Part shown: piece by piece, positions 38,510 through 50,164 of the stretch
Layout: each line of letters opens with the position of its first letter
Position numbering within the stretch: position 1 is the stretch's first letter
Source: Leidyana gryllorum EB-2025a
Taxonomy: Eukaryota; Protista; Apicomplexa
NCBI GenBank assembly: GCA_048772705.1
Contig: JBLWGC010000230.1
Span: 1,116,001 to 1,180,000 of the forward strand
DNA length: 64,000 bases
Direction of reading: 5' to 3'
Made by a program: the position numbers and the translations under genes
The notes under the pieces: generated by a model
What the model was told of the DNA's origin: nothing
What the model saw: only the letters and a program-made list of their open reading frames with translations
Databases searched by the model: none

Positions 38510-40078
38510 ATGACAACTGCAGGGGAGGCCGTGCTCTTCTTCGTGGAGCTGATCGTGATGCTTACATGCATCTGGTTGGGATCCCGAATGGGTGGACTTG
38601 GTATCGGTTTCTATGGTGGAGTAGGCGTTGCGTTATATGGGTTCGGATTCCAGATGGAGCCAGGAAACATCCCATTCGACGTCATATCGATCATTATGTC
38701 TGTTGTTTCTGCGATCGGCTGTATGCAGGTTGCTGGAGGAATGGACTATATGGTTCATCTGTGTTCAAAGGCATTGAGGAAGTATCCTCCTGGAATCACC
38801 TTTGTGGGTGCAGTCTTGGTATTTGCACTGACAGCTTTAGCTGGCACCGGTCACGTGAGTTATAGCTGTCTGCCGGTTATCGCGGAAGTGGCAAAGGAAA
38901 GCGGTATCCGTCCGAGTCGAGCTTTGGCTTCTGCCGTTGTCGGTTCCATGGTCGGTATCGTTGCTTCTCCTATATCAGCCGCTGTGGCATGGTTCTCCAA
39001 TGAGTTGGAAAGTCGGCCTCTGTACTCCAAGGCAGGATACGCCCAGATTCTAGCTGTGATGGTTCCTACTACATTTGTTGGGTTACTGGTCGGTTCTTTC
39101 GTGTCGAGCTTCCTGGGGAAACAGCTGTACAAGGACCCAGAGTTCCTTGCTCGAGTTGCCGACGGGCGCTGTGTATTGAAGAACCCTCTTCCGGCCGACG
39201 TCCAGGCCCAGGTTGACGCAATCAGAGCTGGGGCTTCAGCTGGTGCAATAGTGGCTGAGCTTGAAGCTGTGGAAGCGGCCGAGAATGACGCAGTCGACAA
39301 TGGCTTGTCGGAAAGAGAAGAGGATGGAGACCTTGAGAGACAAAGCATCAAGAGCTCCGGAAGTTCTGCTGACCAAATTGAAGCAGTCGTCGACGAGGAG
39401 AGGAAAGAACCAGAGAAAGAACATACCTTTAAGGCTAAGATGAGTGTATTGCTCTTCCTGGCGGGCATCATCATTGTCGTCATCTACTCATTGTGTCTGA
39501 GTGAGACCATCGTACCGGGATGGCCCGAGGAGAAGAAGAAGGTCGGCCGCAATGATGCTATTGTCTCGATGATGATTGCAACTGCTGCCATCATCGCTCA
39601 GTTCTGTAAAGTCAATATCCTTGACGTCTCGACATGCTCTACCTTCCGAGCTGGTATGAACGGGTCCCTCTGTATGCTCGGTGTGGCCTGGATGGGTAAC
39701 ACGTTTATCACCGCGCAACTTGACGTCATCAAGGAGGCTGCTGGCGGTATGTTCGAGAGTCAAGCTTGGCTGCTACCTCTCGTTCTATTCGTGGCCTCGT
39801 GTCTCCTATACTCTCAAGCTTCCACCGCCTCCGCCCTCTACCCCTTGGCCTTTGACCTCGAATTGAGCCCACTGACGGTTCTCGCGAGTTATCCAGCGGT
39901 GTGCGGTCTCTTCATCCTTCCCACTTATCCCACTGTCGTGGCCGCGTGCGCCATGGACGACACCGGCACTACCCGCGCCGGCAAGTGGGTCTTTAACCAC
40001 CCTTTCATTATCCCCGGTACTGTTTCTGTGGTAGTCGCAGTGGCCTTGTCGTTCGCCCTCGGCGCTGCGGTGGTGTAG
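38510..40078 (+). CDS. dcuA: Anaerobic C4-dicarboxylate transporter, DcuA/DcuB family (bacterial type)
   Basis: GGLGIG, PGNIPFDVISIIM, MQVAGGMDY, AGTGH, LPVIAEVAKE, ASPISAAV, LGVAWMG, LLYSQA, GLFILPTYPT, MDDTGTTR.GK.VFNHPF.IPG; intronless. Confidence 0.95.
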   Translation: MTTAGEAVLFFVELIVMLTCIWLGSRMGGLGIGFYGGVGVALYGFGFQMEPGNIPFDVISIIMSVVSAIGCMQVAGGMDYMVHLCSKALRKYPPGITFVGAVLVFALTALAGTGHVSYSCLPVIAEVAKESGIRPSRALASAVVGSMVGIVASPISAAVAWFSNELESRPLYSKAGYAQILAVMVPTTFVGLLVGSFVSSFLGKQLYKDPEFLARVADGRCVLKNPLPADVQAQVDAIRAGASAGAIVAELEAVEAAENDAVDNGLSEREEDGDLERQSIKSSGSSADQIEAVVDEERKEPEKEHTFKAKMSVLLFLAGIIIVVIYSLCLSETIVPGWPEEKKKVGRNDAIVSMMIATAAIIAQFCKVNILDVSTCSTFRAGMNGSLCMLGVAWMGNTFITAQLDVIKEAAGGMFESQAWLLPLVLFVASCLLYSQASTASALYPLAFDLELSPLTVLASYPAVCGLFILPTYPTVVAACAMDDTGTTRAGKWVFNHPFIIPGTVSVVVAVALSFALGAAVV

Positions 40079-42867
40079 AAAGGACTACACCTTTCCACGA
40101 CCACCACCCCGTGGACAGAGACCAGGAGCAGAAGAGCTCTGCTGCGCACCCTCCCTCCCACTCAATCACCCGAATCATACCGAACAACAACCCTCCCAGT
40201 CGAATGATCACGCTTGAAGCGAGACACACATATGCCGCCGTACAAATCGATCCTCCCACCTATAAGCCCGGAAAGTTCGTGGTCACTATACCACTTTTCC
40301 CGCCAATACACCCAAGACGGCATCTCATTTGTTCCTCAAGTGGTTCAATATGAAAAGACAATCGACTGGGATAAATCTGTTAAAGGCCCAACCCGCCAAT
40401 TCTTCCCAACGAGCACAACAACAATCCTTATACATCGCCCAAGGAAGTTTTTACCTCAATGTATCCGTATTGACTCATAATACATGTTCAACTACGCATA
40501 CGCACACACGCATCTACTCACTGCCACTGCTTGCTGCTGCTGCTATTTCTATTGCTCCAATACTAATGATCGCAGCTCGCGGGTAGTTGAGAAATATCGT
40601 TCTCAGTTCGGACACCCACCTATCGTCCGCAAGTGACTTTTTGCCTTTGGATGGTTTGAGTGATCATAAGTTGTCCTGCAGGACTCTCTCGCCCAGAGGA
40701 TCACTGCGCGCACGGTGTGAGTGAGCATTCTGAACACTGGTTCTTCTACCGAACGCAAAACAGAACTAATCTCCGATGAAGACAGATGGGATCTGTCTTA
40801 TCACTTCGCCGGTACAGTATCTTTCGTAAATGTTTCCCAAGCCTTCTGTGGCGACGATATTTTTTCCTCCCGTCTTCTGACGCTCAATCAGTCGGTGATA
40901 CGCGAGCCACTTGTTGCAAAAGGCAATTATCTAATCTTCGATCAAAAGTTGATGGCTCGCAAGCAACGCACCTCGATTTGGGTGGTCGAATTGTCGTGTT
41001 GCACCTGGTCAACACGTCTTGCCCGTACTTCACATCCTCCGTTTCCGAGGGCAACCCAATTTCGGGTTCGTCCCTCCGCACCCCGAATGTATTACAACAA
41101 TCAACGTCTCTTTCATGCATTCCTTCAGTATCGCCCCGCCATCAGCACGGCTTGGCTTTGAGCTATGGTCGGCTTAAGTAGAGTTTGTGATCCGAATTAC
41201 GTAAATCCGCCTCTTCTGGTCTAACAACCACAAAGAATACGGGAAACGGTACATCGACCCACTTGAAATTGAATGATACCGAGCTGAAACTTCAAGATAC
41301 ACACATAATGTTTACATACACAGGACCGAACACACCGACTGATTGATTTATTGACTATCGATTGTTCGACCATTGTAAATAAAGTGCCGCCGACATCCGG
41401 AAAGTGATCTGTGAGAATGATCCCGATCACCAACTCGTATATCCATACAGTACGGCCACAAAGGAAAAAGCGAAAACTATTTCGGGGTCCAAGACGCATA
41501 TGTGTGTGTGTTTGTATGTGCGCGGGAGTGAGTGATCGACACCCGCAGGAGTCCATTCGGCGCTCTTTCTCTATTGATTGCTGCCGTTTGGATGTGTTAA
41601 ATTCCAGAACTGGTCGGATTTCTCGCTGCATCCATCTCAACACCAGCATTTTCGAGTTGCCGATGAAAGTAAAATGGGAGGCCACATGGAAACCCGCCCA
41701 AACTGGAATATATCACCTTCTACGGAACTTTTCCCGCGGAGAATTATTCTATTATCAGTCAATCGCATAATAAGCTCAAAGTCTTGCTTCCCGTTGTTCG
41801 AGAAAGAAGAGACGGTGGTTATTCGCAGCTTCTCGTGAAGAACGTGGACGCCACTCTTAGCAAGTTTTGGCCTTTGGCCGTTGAATTTTTCCTGCAATTC
41901 TTTTCGTCAGTGTCGTTCTGTATTGCAGACACTTATCGAAAGTATCGCTGTACCTTTCAAATAGTGCCGCTAGCCACTGCTGCTTTGCCGAACGAATAGA
42001 CAGTGTCTCTCTCAGTCTCTCCACAAGAAATTCGTAAGAGAACATCCCCCTCCTCGCTTCTTGCAGCCAGTACTCCCTCCGGGTGGGCTTCTCGGGTTCC
42101 AGGCGGTGGTGTCTGTTGCGATCGTCTTCCGCAGGAGACATATCTTAAAGTGTATTCGGTTCTCCTCAAATAGCGTGTGACGAGTGTGGAGGGGGAAGTG
42201 TGCTGTGCTTATATATATGTATGATGAACAAATGTGTACTTATCATTTCGCTGCACCACCCCGATGCGATGCTCCGACACCAAAACCTATGGTGTCACAT
42301 CGTTCCCAGTCAGGGGGTGGATAGCGAGGGAAGGGTATTATTAGGGATTCCAAAGCAAAAGTGAATGCCATTCTGGCACTAAAGAAACTTGTGGTCATCA
42401 ACTCTTCTCGATGGTGGTGGTGCCTTCGGTCTGCCTCATATGACAGTGCCTTTAAGTGTGTAAGTGTGTGTGTGTCTGTGATGATCTTGAACAATGTCTT
42501 AGTCTTCTTCTAATGCTTGGCCGATCACAGAAGCTACCATTTCCTCATTGTGTCTTTCGGTCTCCCATACTGTTGATGGACCGCTCGTCTCGCGAACCAT
42601 CGCATCCAATTGAGCAATCACTCGACTGGCCACGCTGTTCTCATTACCGCCACCCCTGTGCGGCCCCATTGCTTCCTCTTCTCCCCAAAATCCAGCACTC
42701 CACAAACTCTGCCGTGTGACACTGGCAAGCAAAGGGCTAGCGGAGAAAACGCGAGCCGAGTACCTGCTCCATTTATAGAGAAAGCCGGCTCATGGGGGGA
42801 GACACACACGCAATCGCACACTCAGGACTTCCAGTTGGGCCCATCGATTCGGATCGGTGCACTTACT

Positions 42868-44440
42868 TTAGCCTAACTCCACAATGCAAACACGAACGAC
42901 ATTGTTCAGCGTCGTGCATTCGCTCTCGTAGACACGATAAACCTGACGACGCGATCTATCACTTGGCCTCGACAACTTACAGATATATGCCCCACAGCAT
43001 CTCCAAGTCAGTGGGGCCAAGTGGTGATGACAAGACTGACAGGTTGACGCTTGCACTACACCACTGATCAACAGACTGATGCGCCGTTGCTCCGTGTGGA
43101 CTACGCGAGTCAGCTCTGTCATTGTGCCAGACTTGAGTAAACCTGTGAAGTGGCCAAGTGATATGGCCAAACTGGTGAATACTGTTTGGAGCTGCGACAC
43201 AGTGACATTCCGAAGGCGAAGAATTTGCTGTAAACTCACCAGACGGACGTGCTCTGTGTCCATGTCCTCCACTTCGAATTCAGCACATCCTGATAGAATT
43301 CGATCTATCAACTCGTCTAATTGGACCAACTCCTTTGGTATGTTGGCAAACTTTCTCCTATCACGACAAAGCCACATGGGTAAGGTGTGTCTCAATGAGG
43401 AAGGGGGAACACTCAGTCGGGGAACACTCAGTCCGGGGGACACTCGCTCGCGCGCTCTGGAGACACTCGCTCACTCACTCGCACGCTGGCTCAGTCGGGA
43501 GACAGGAGATTCGGGGAAACAATAGGTAGGAATGGTAGAGCACTAATGAAGGCTTACAAGGTGTTGCGAATCCGATTGGCTTCGACCCACACAGCCACCC
43601 AAGTTTTGTACACGCTCTTCTCGTATGCAACGTGTAACATCAATTCGTTGACAATTGGGAGGAATTGGGCGCGAAGATATGGTGGTGTGAGGGGTTCGTC
43701 TGCTGATAAGAGCTGTTGAGGCCGATCGTCATCGTATGAATTGTCAGACTTGGCCTCTCGTCCCCCGCGCCCGCCGCCAAATACTAGTTTCCCAATGTCG
43801 CTAAGTACACTCGAAGTCGAGGCCGCAAAACTGGCTTTCGTGCTTTGAGCCGATCGCCTTACAAAAGAGAGGCCCACGTCTGTTAGACATTGTCCACACG
43901 AGAGTTGAGAACTGACCAGAGCCCGTTATAGCGCCTCCCTTGGGAGCACTCTTTTCAGTTCTCAGGAGCTGGAGGACGGTGGGGTCGTTTACGAATTCGC
44001 TCAGCAGTCGTTGCTCAAACTTCTGTACCGTGCTGACCAGGGCTTGGAGTCGCTGGCGATCCCACCAGTGATGCTCCTCGATGTACCCGATGACAACTCG
44101 CAAACTCGCGTCTACAGCATCCAATTCACGCAAATCCAGAGTGTCCTTCTGGCTGTGTTGGCCGTGCAGCGTAGGTCAACGACACTTACTGATGACGTAA
44201 GGTGAGTTCCTTTACTCTCTTCCGAGACGACTCGAGAAGGTGTGGCAGGGCTTTGAGGGTGGCGTGTTGTTGATCATCTTCAAACATCTGACCATCGACC
44301 CCAAAAAGAAATTGGTGTTTGTTGGCTTTGCATGGAAAAGCTGCGAGTAATGAGGCGATCACAGTCGGCCACACTGCAGCCATTACGGCACCAACATCGC
44401 CACCTTGGTACCGCATCAGCCGGGCATCTTCCTTGGACAT
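42868..44440 (-). CDS. Multi-exon hypothetical protein
   Basis: In-frame intron GTAAGT..ACAG (~44152-44188) joins ORFs 44186 and 43801; further exons to ~42900-43000. Confidence 0.6.
43404..43503. repeat. Short degenerate tandem repeat (ACACTCAGTCGGGG / ACACTCGCTC), probably intronic
   Basis: Four to five imperfect copies visible. Confidence 0.55.
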
Positions 44441-46224
44441 GAACGACACATTCTACGCTCCACTACATGACGAGGAATACTACCCTGATCGCTCAACAGG
44501 ACCACAAAGTGGAACTGACGAGGCAAGCAGCCGAAAGTACAAAGAAGTCCGTCAGACACTTCTGAGTTGGCCCGAAGCCACCCCAGATGCTGCATCTGCT
44601 CGCATTCATAGGCTGATCCGGACCAAGAGGCTCTTGGTAGCCGCCTTTCTGGGAATGTCCTTTATTGCCTTATCCCTGGCATACCTCCTCTTCGTCGCCG
44701 AAACCGCCCTTGTTCGTGCAGGCATTCCGCCTCCACTTTTGAAACTTCGTCGAGCAGCCACTGCAGCAAAGAAGGCAAATAATTTCTTCACAGTACCCGT
44801 GTCTCGCAGCTTCTCTCTTCAGTCTGCCGAAGTCCAAGAACGTCTCTTCACTGGAGTCCGTCATCTCCATGATGAGGTCCTCTCCACTTCCTCATTCAGC
44901 AACAAATCGGCCCCTCCCAACTTTCTCTCGGTCGATTGGTCAACTGTAACACTTCAGCAATGCGCAACTCTCAATGGAGACATCGATGTCACATGCGTTC
45001 TCCAACGTCTCGCCCAAGATATTCACCCCCCGAGCCGAGTGCAACAAGCCATAGCCAACTCCACTGCCCTGGAGTTGGCCCACTACGAGTTGGCGGCTGT
45101 CTCTCCTGCCGTCGATCACGGACTACGCGGTTTCACCACCGTCGTCGAAGAGATCATCCACGACTTCGAGAACGCCCAGTACTACGGAGTGATCGGAATC
45201 GGCGATCCGGTTCAAACTTTCAACGTTGTCTTTGATACTGGCAGCTCTAATGTTTGGGTACCCTCCAACACTTGCGGGCTCAGCTGTCTGGGACACAAAA
45301 AGTACTCTCCCAAGAAGAGCTCTCACTTCAAACCAGACGGCCGTCCGTTCAAGATTACCTACGGCAGCGGATCTGTCGCAGGTGATCTCGTCTCCGATAC
45401 TCTCCAACTTGGTGAGACAGCCCTGCCCCAGTATACCTTCGCTGAGTAAGTCACCTTATTTTGCTTCTCTCCCTCATATCATTCATTCCCTTTGCAGAGT
45501 CAACGATGCCAGCGGGCTGGGCGTCTCTTTCATCATGTCCAAATTTGACGGAATCTTCGGTCTCGGCTGGCCCAGCATCAGCGTTGATAACGTTGAGCCT
45601 CCACTTCTGGCCTTCGCGCGCGAAAACATGATCGACCAACCCGTCTTTTCATTCCATTTGGGCACCAAAAATGGCCAGGATGGAGAGCTCGTCATCGGAA
45701 CGTACCCCGAAGACGAATCTAAACTCAACTGGTACTCCCTGGTGGAAAAAGACTACTGGACCATTGAGATGAAGGGTATCAGACTGGGCCATAAGGGAGG
45801 AAATCTCATCGAAAAGCCTCTCAAAGCCATCGTAGACAGTGGAACCTCTCTCTTGGCAGGTCCGAAACCTGTGATCGACAGCATCACACATCAACTCGGC
45901 GGCTTCCATCTGCCATGGCTCACTTCTGGGTACTTTATCTCCTGTGATAGGAAGGACAGTCTGCCAGACATAGAAATCAACCTGGGAGGAAGTGAGACGT
46001 TCACCCTTAGTTCTGATGACTATGTCGTCGATCTCAGTCAGAACACAGGCCACCCCAGCAACACATCCAATATGCCATGCCTCCTTGCCTTCACAGCTAT
46101 AGAAGTCCCCCCTCCCAGAGGTCCTCTCTTCATCCTCGGCGACGTTTTCATGAGGAAGTACTTCACAGTGTTCGATTACAAGAAAGCCAGAATTGGGTTT
46201 GGCGAAAGCACACCTTTCTCCTAG
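44439..46224 (+). CDS. Pepsin-like (A1) aspartyl protease with an N-terminal type II membrane anchor (ASP1/plasmepsin-like)
   Basis: NAQYYG, FDTGSSNVWV, YGSG flap, FDGIFGLG, VDSGTS, ILGDVF; intron 45446-45497. Confidence 0.95.
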
Positions 46225-46254
46225 ATCTCACCAAAAACAAACATAGAGCTTCCC

Positions 46255-47867
46255 TTAATAACTTCGTCCCCACAGACAGTAAACTTTGGCGTCTCCGCAA
46301 CCGTTAAAACATTGGGTGCCAGCGGCCATTTCTGGTTGCTCGAAGGGAATACACAAAGTCTTCATCGCTCCTGCCATACCAGTCTCTTCTTCAAGCTCCT
46401 TGGACATCACACCAGTCTGCTTCTTCACCACTTCCTCACACTTCTCCTCTCCACACCATGGGGCTAATACGAGCTTCCGGTTGTTCAGCTTCTCCAAACA
46501 CTCGTCCAATTTGCTAACAGTCACAATATTCTCGTTCATCTCATGTCGAGCGCGGTCCAACATGCCCTTCTGAATACTATCTAATGCCTCTTGGACTGAC
46601 ACAGCAGTAGTTTCTTTGGCGAAATCGATACTGCTCGCCTCTCCATTGTAGCGCTTCACCATCCGAATGGTGTTTCCGGTCAGTTCACGAGGACCGACCT
46701 CCAAGCGCACCGGGACACCCTTAAGCTCCCAATGGTTGTACTTCCAGCCAGGGTTGTACTGAGCTCTGTCGTCCACAAAGTTAGAGATACCGGCATCATT
46801 CAACAATTGGCCAATTTCGTGGCAACGGGCGTTGAGAGCCTCCACATCGTCGTTCTTCCGTACGATCGGGACCACAACAGCTTGCAGGGGAGCCACACGG
46901 GGTGGCATCACCAGACCCTTATCATCACCGTGTACCATGATCATGGCGCCAATGGATCGTGTGGTGAAGCCAAAACTGCACTGGGGCGCAAACTTGAACC
47001 CTTCACCAGGCTTCTCTTCGAACTTGATGTCGAACATCTTGCTGAAGTTGGTACCAAGATAGTGAGAGGTGGCAGCCTGGAGTCCACGACCATTGGTGGG
47101 GATCAGACCTTCGACGGTGAAAGAGGTGTCACCACCAGCGAACTTCTCCATCTCCGATTTGCGCCCCGGGATAACTGGTACTGCCAACAACTCTTCATAG
47201 GTCTTGCGGTACACTTCCAACATATCCTTGGCAAACGACTTGGCTTCCTCGGCCTCCATGTGGACAGTATGGCCCTCCTGCCATAAGAATTCGCGGGTAC
47301 GGATGAAGGGAGTGGGTTGCTTGAATTCCCATCGAACAACGGAGTTCCTGATCGGAAAAGTGTCGATACCGCAGCAAAATAAATCAACACCTACCATTGG
47401 TTCAGCAGCAACGGCAGATCGCGATGGGAGCGAACCCATTTCGAGTAGGCCGGGTACATGATGGTTTCCGACGTTGGGCGAATGGCAATTGGCTCAGCCA
47501 AATCACTCTGACCACTCTTTGTGACCCACGCGACTTCAGCAGAAAAGCCTTCAATGTGACTTTCCTCAGTTTCCAGCCGAGACTTTGTGACGAAAGTGGG
47601 GAAGTAGCAGTTGCGGATGTTGCGTCTTTTGAAGGCAGTGTCGATGAATTTCTGGATACTTTCCCATACTTCATAAGCGTTAGGACGCAGAATGTAGCAA
47701 CCGGAAACGTCATAGTACTCAATGAGCTCGGCTTTGACGATGACTTGTGTGTACCATTCAGCAAAATTGTCCTTCTTGGTGACTGTCAGTCCAATAAGAG
47801 CTTTCTCATCCGCCTTTTTGCTCTGCTGGTTGTCAGACTTCTTGGCACCGTTCCCTTTGGGCGCCAT
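46255..47867 (-). CDS. Prolyl-tRNA synthetase, eukaryote/archaeal type
   Basis: [24 protein letters not shown]|[25 protein letters not shown]-terminal GRSY; intron 47348-47394. Confidence 0.97.
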
Positions 47868-48475
47868 TTGTCGTAGTACTTTTTTTTTTAACTCGCCAGC
47901 GGCAAGGAAGAGTGTTTGTAAATGTGTGTTTTATGTTCTACTGCTGGTTCCACCTGCCTATCCGCTCTCAGTCACTGTTCGGTTATGGGCTGATCACGCC
48001 AAAAGCGACATGAATGTTAGGGTTGCGCCAAGACCGCACTTCGCCCGTGTCACACACACACCGAAGAACCGAGGTTCCGGAAGCAGTGGTTGGGATGTTG
48101 GTGTCTCGATTTGGCATTGTCGTCAGCAGAGACACGAAATTCACGGCCAACGGACCATATGTTGTAGGTTTGTCTACAGTATTTGCTTAGTTGTTCGATC
48201 TCCCGCGTTCCTCCCGCGTTTCTGCATTTGCGTGAGATCATGTTTCATTGGTGTGTTCTCAAAAGTTTGGCCACCGGGTGTAGATTGGTAGGCAGAAGAT
48301 CTAACTGAGTGTGAATACGTTTTTGTTCTGTGTGTTGAGCTCACTGGATTTTTTTTGCTTCGGCCCTGGACAGCCCCTCGATATCCGCTCCGGACAGTCA
48401 GATGGCCGTTATTGGGTCCTAACACCCCAGGAGACCAACAAAAGGAAACTATATTGAATTCGGGGAAGCTACCTC

Positions 48476-48483
48476 TATAAAAG
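48476..48483 (+). promoter_or_regulatory. TATA-like box TATAAAAG upstream of the cyclin gene
   Basis: Canonical match ~50 nt before ATG 48535 in an unusually long intergenic region. Confidence 0.3.
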
Positions 48484-48534
48484 GAAGCGCACAGGATAGA
48501 GCGGGCTTTCTGATACAACCCCCATATATACAAG

Positions 48535-49996
48535 ATGATGGCGACAATCGGAACACAATTACCAACATCGAAAGGCGTGCGGGCGGCTGTGTCCCCATAT
48601 AATGTGAGCACTGCCAGCACTACAGCCTCCAGGCAATCTCCGATCGAAGCTGAGGTTCCCACGAGCAAGATGAGCGCTGGGCGGGATTTTCTCACACCGG
48701 ATGATTCGCCAGCTGTATGTGTGATCTCCACGAGTGAAGTTTCGAGCACAACTTCGGTTTCGACTCTGGACGGTCCGGAAGAGGTTCAACCAGTCCATAT
48801 TACAACGTGTAGCCATCCCACGTCGACACTGACGGGAACATCAACCTCATCTTCAGCGCACAATGTAGTTGTGCAAGTAGAGGCTCCCACTAAAGATCTG
48901 CAAGCTCCGCAGAGGGCCAACCTGGCACTGCGGAGTCGATACAGCCATTACGAAAACGCTCTTGTGTTCGTGCATTTGGCACTCCGGCTGGTTGAAAGAG
49001 ACGGCAAGATGTCTGACAAGCAACCGTTTGCCGTGTTTCAACCCCAGCCGGGGGAGGAGGTGCCTCAACCGAGTCTCTTCCCAGAAAGGTAAGTGTGCTG
49101 CACACGTTGACCGTACAAAGGCATCACCATCCTGCAGGCTATCGAACGCTTTACGTTGTAAATATCCATGTTATGTACTGGCTCTGATATACTTATCACT
49201 GATCAAGAAGAAACACGGAGCCAATATTGCGCTGACAAAGACTACTTTTCATCGGTAGGTGGCCAGACGGCGTTATTGAGTAGCTAAGGGCTTATTTGGC
49301 ACCCTCCTCGCTTCTGCGTGTTTGTCTCTGTGCGCGAGTTTCCGCTCGTTCGCTCGTCCTTCCGGGGACGCACCAATTTGACTTGATGACATTGATATCT
49401 CCAGGCTCGCTGTGGCAGCAGTTGTGGTGGCGGCAAAGTTCTACGACGATTTGTACTTCTCGAATGAGCATTACGCCAAGGAATTGGGGTTCCCCTTGGA
49501 GACATTAAATTCTATGGAGATATGTTTCTTGGTGTTGTTGGACTTTGATTTGAAGGTCTCGCCAGCGGAGTTCAGGCCCGTGCTGGCGCACTTCGACAAG
49601 CAGCGAGCAGAAATATGTACCCCCGTGTGGTGTGGTCTTGGTAATGCTCCGTGGCCCCCGACGTTGAGACGATTGGGTGCCGAGTCTGCTGCCGCTTTGG
49701 CGATTTGGACACCTTTAGCGGCATCAACGGCTCTGAGTAGTCCACCAATGGGGGATCGATCACTTAACCAAGCCGTACTGACGTACTTGGCCGCTCGGGA
49801 AATGCGTGGGAGTAGATTCGAATCTGAGGAAGAGAGTTTGCTAAAGTCTAAAGTCACTGGTCGTTCAAAGCTGGTGCACAAGCTGCTGTTACAATACCAC
49901 GATGAGGTCCGTGCTCAGCGAAACTCACAACCGGCTGTTGCTGCGGAAGTCACTAAGCCCAGGATGGCGAAGTGGTCGCAGCAGCAGCGGTGGTGA
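48535..49996 (+). CDS. Pho80/cyclin U (CYC2-like) cyclin
   Basis: Spliced: CYVLALIYL...TFHR|LAVAAVVVAAKFYDDLYFSNEHYAK.LG..L..LN.ME..FL..LDFDL. Confidence 0.9.
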
Positions 49997-50164
49997 GCAT
50001 TTTGTTGTTAATCAACTCTAATCCCCCCTGAAGTTTGTCCTGTCACTTGGCTTCGATAATTTTGACCTCACCGAATGAAATACCAGCCCACCACATAGAC
50101 CATATGACTTGTGTAGATATCCAAGGTAGCCTTTACAACCCTATCTAGACCCCAAGTGCTGTCA

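Noticed and set aside
38510-40078. dcuA as bacterial contamination
   Set aside because: No neighbouring bacterial genes or operon context (e.g. aspA), a large non-bacterial insertion, and continuity with spliced genes; read-level confirmation still advisable
40779-40799. Hairpin as an intrinsic terminator
   Set aside because: Eukaryotic context, no U-tract, and 700 nt from the nearest stop
40721-41770. ORFs of 120-154 aa in the gene-poor island
   Set aside because: Non-protein-like composition, overlap with dinucleotide tracts, no motifs
42221-42302. ATGATGA C-box-like motif plus hairpin as snoRNA or SECIS
   Set aside because: No matching D box (CTGA) nearby, no SECIS ATGA/GA core and no selenoprotein adjacent
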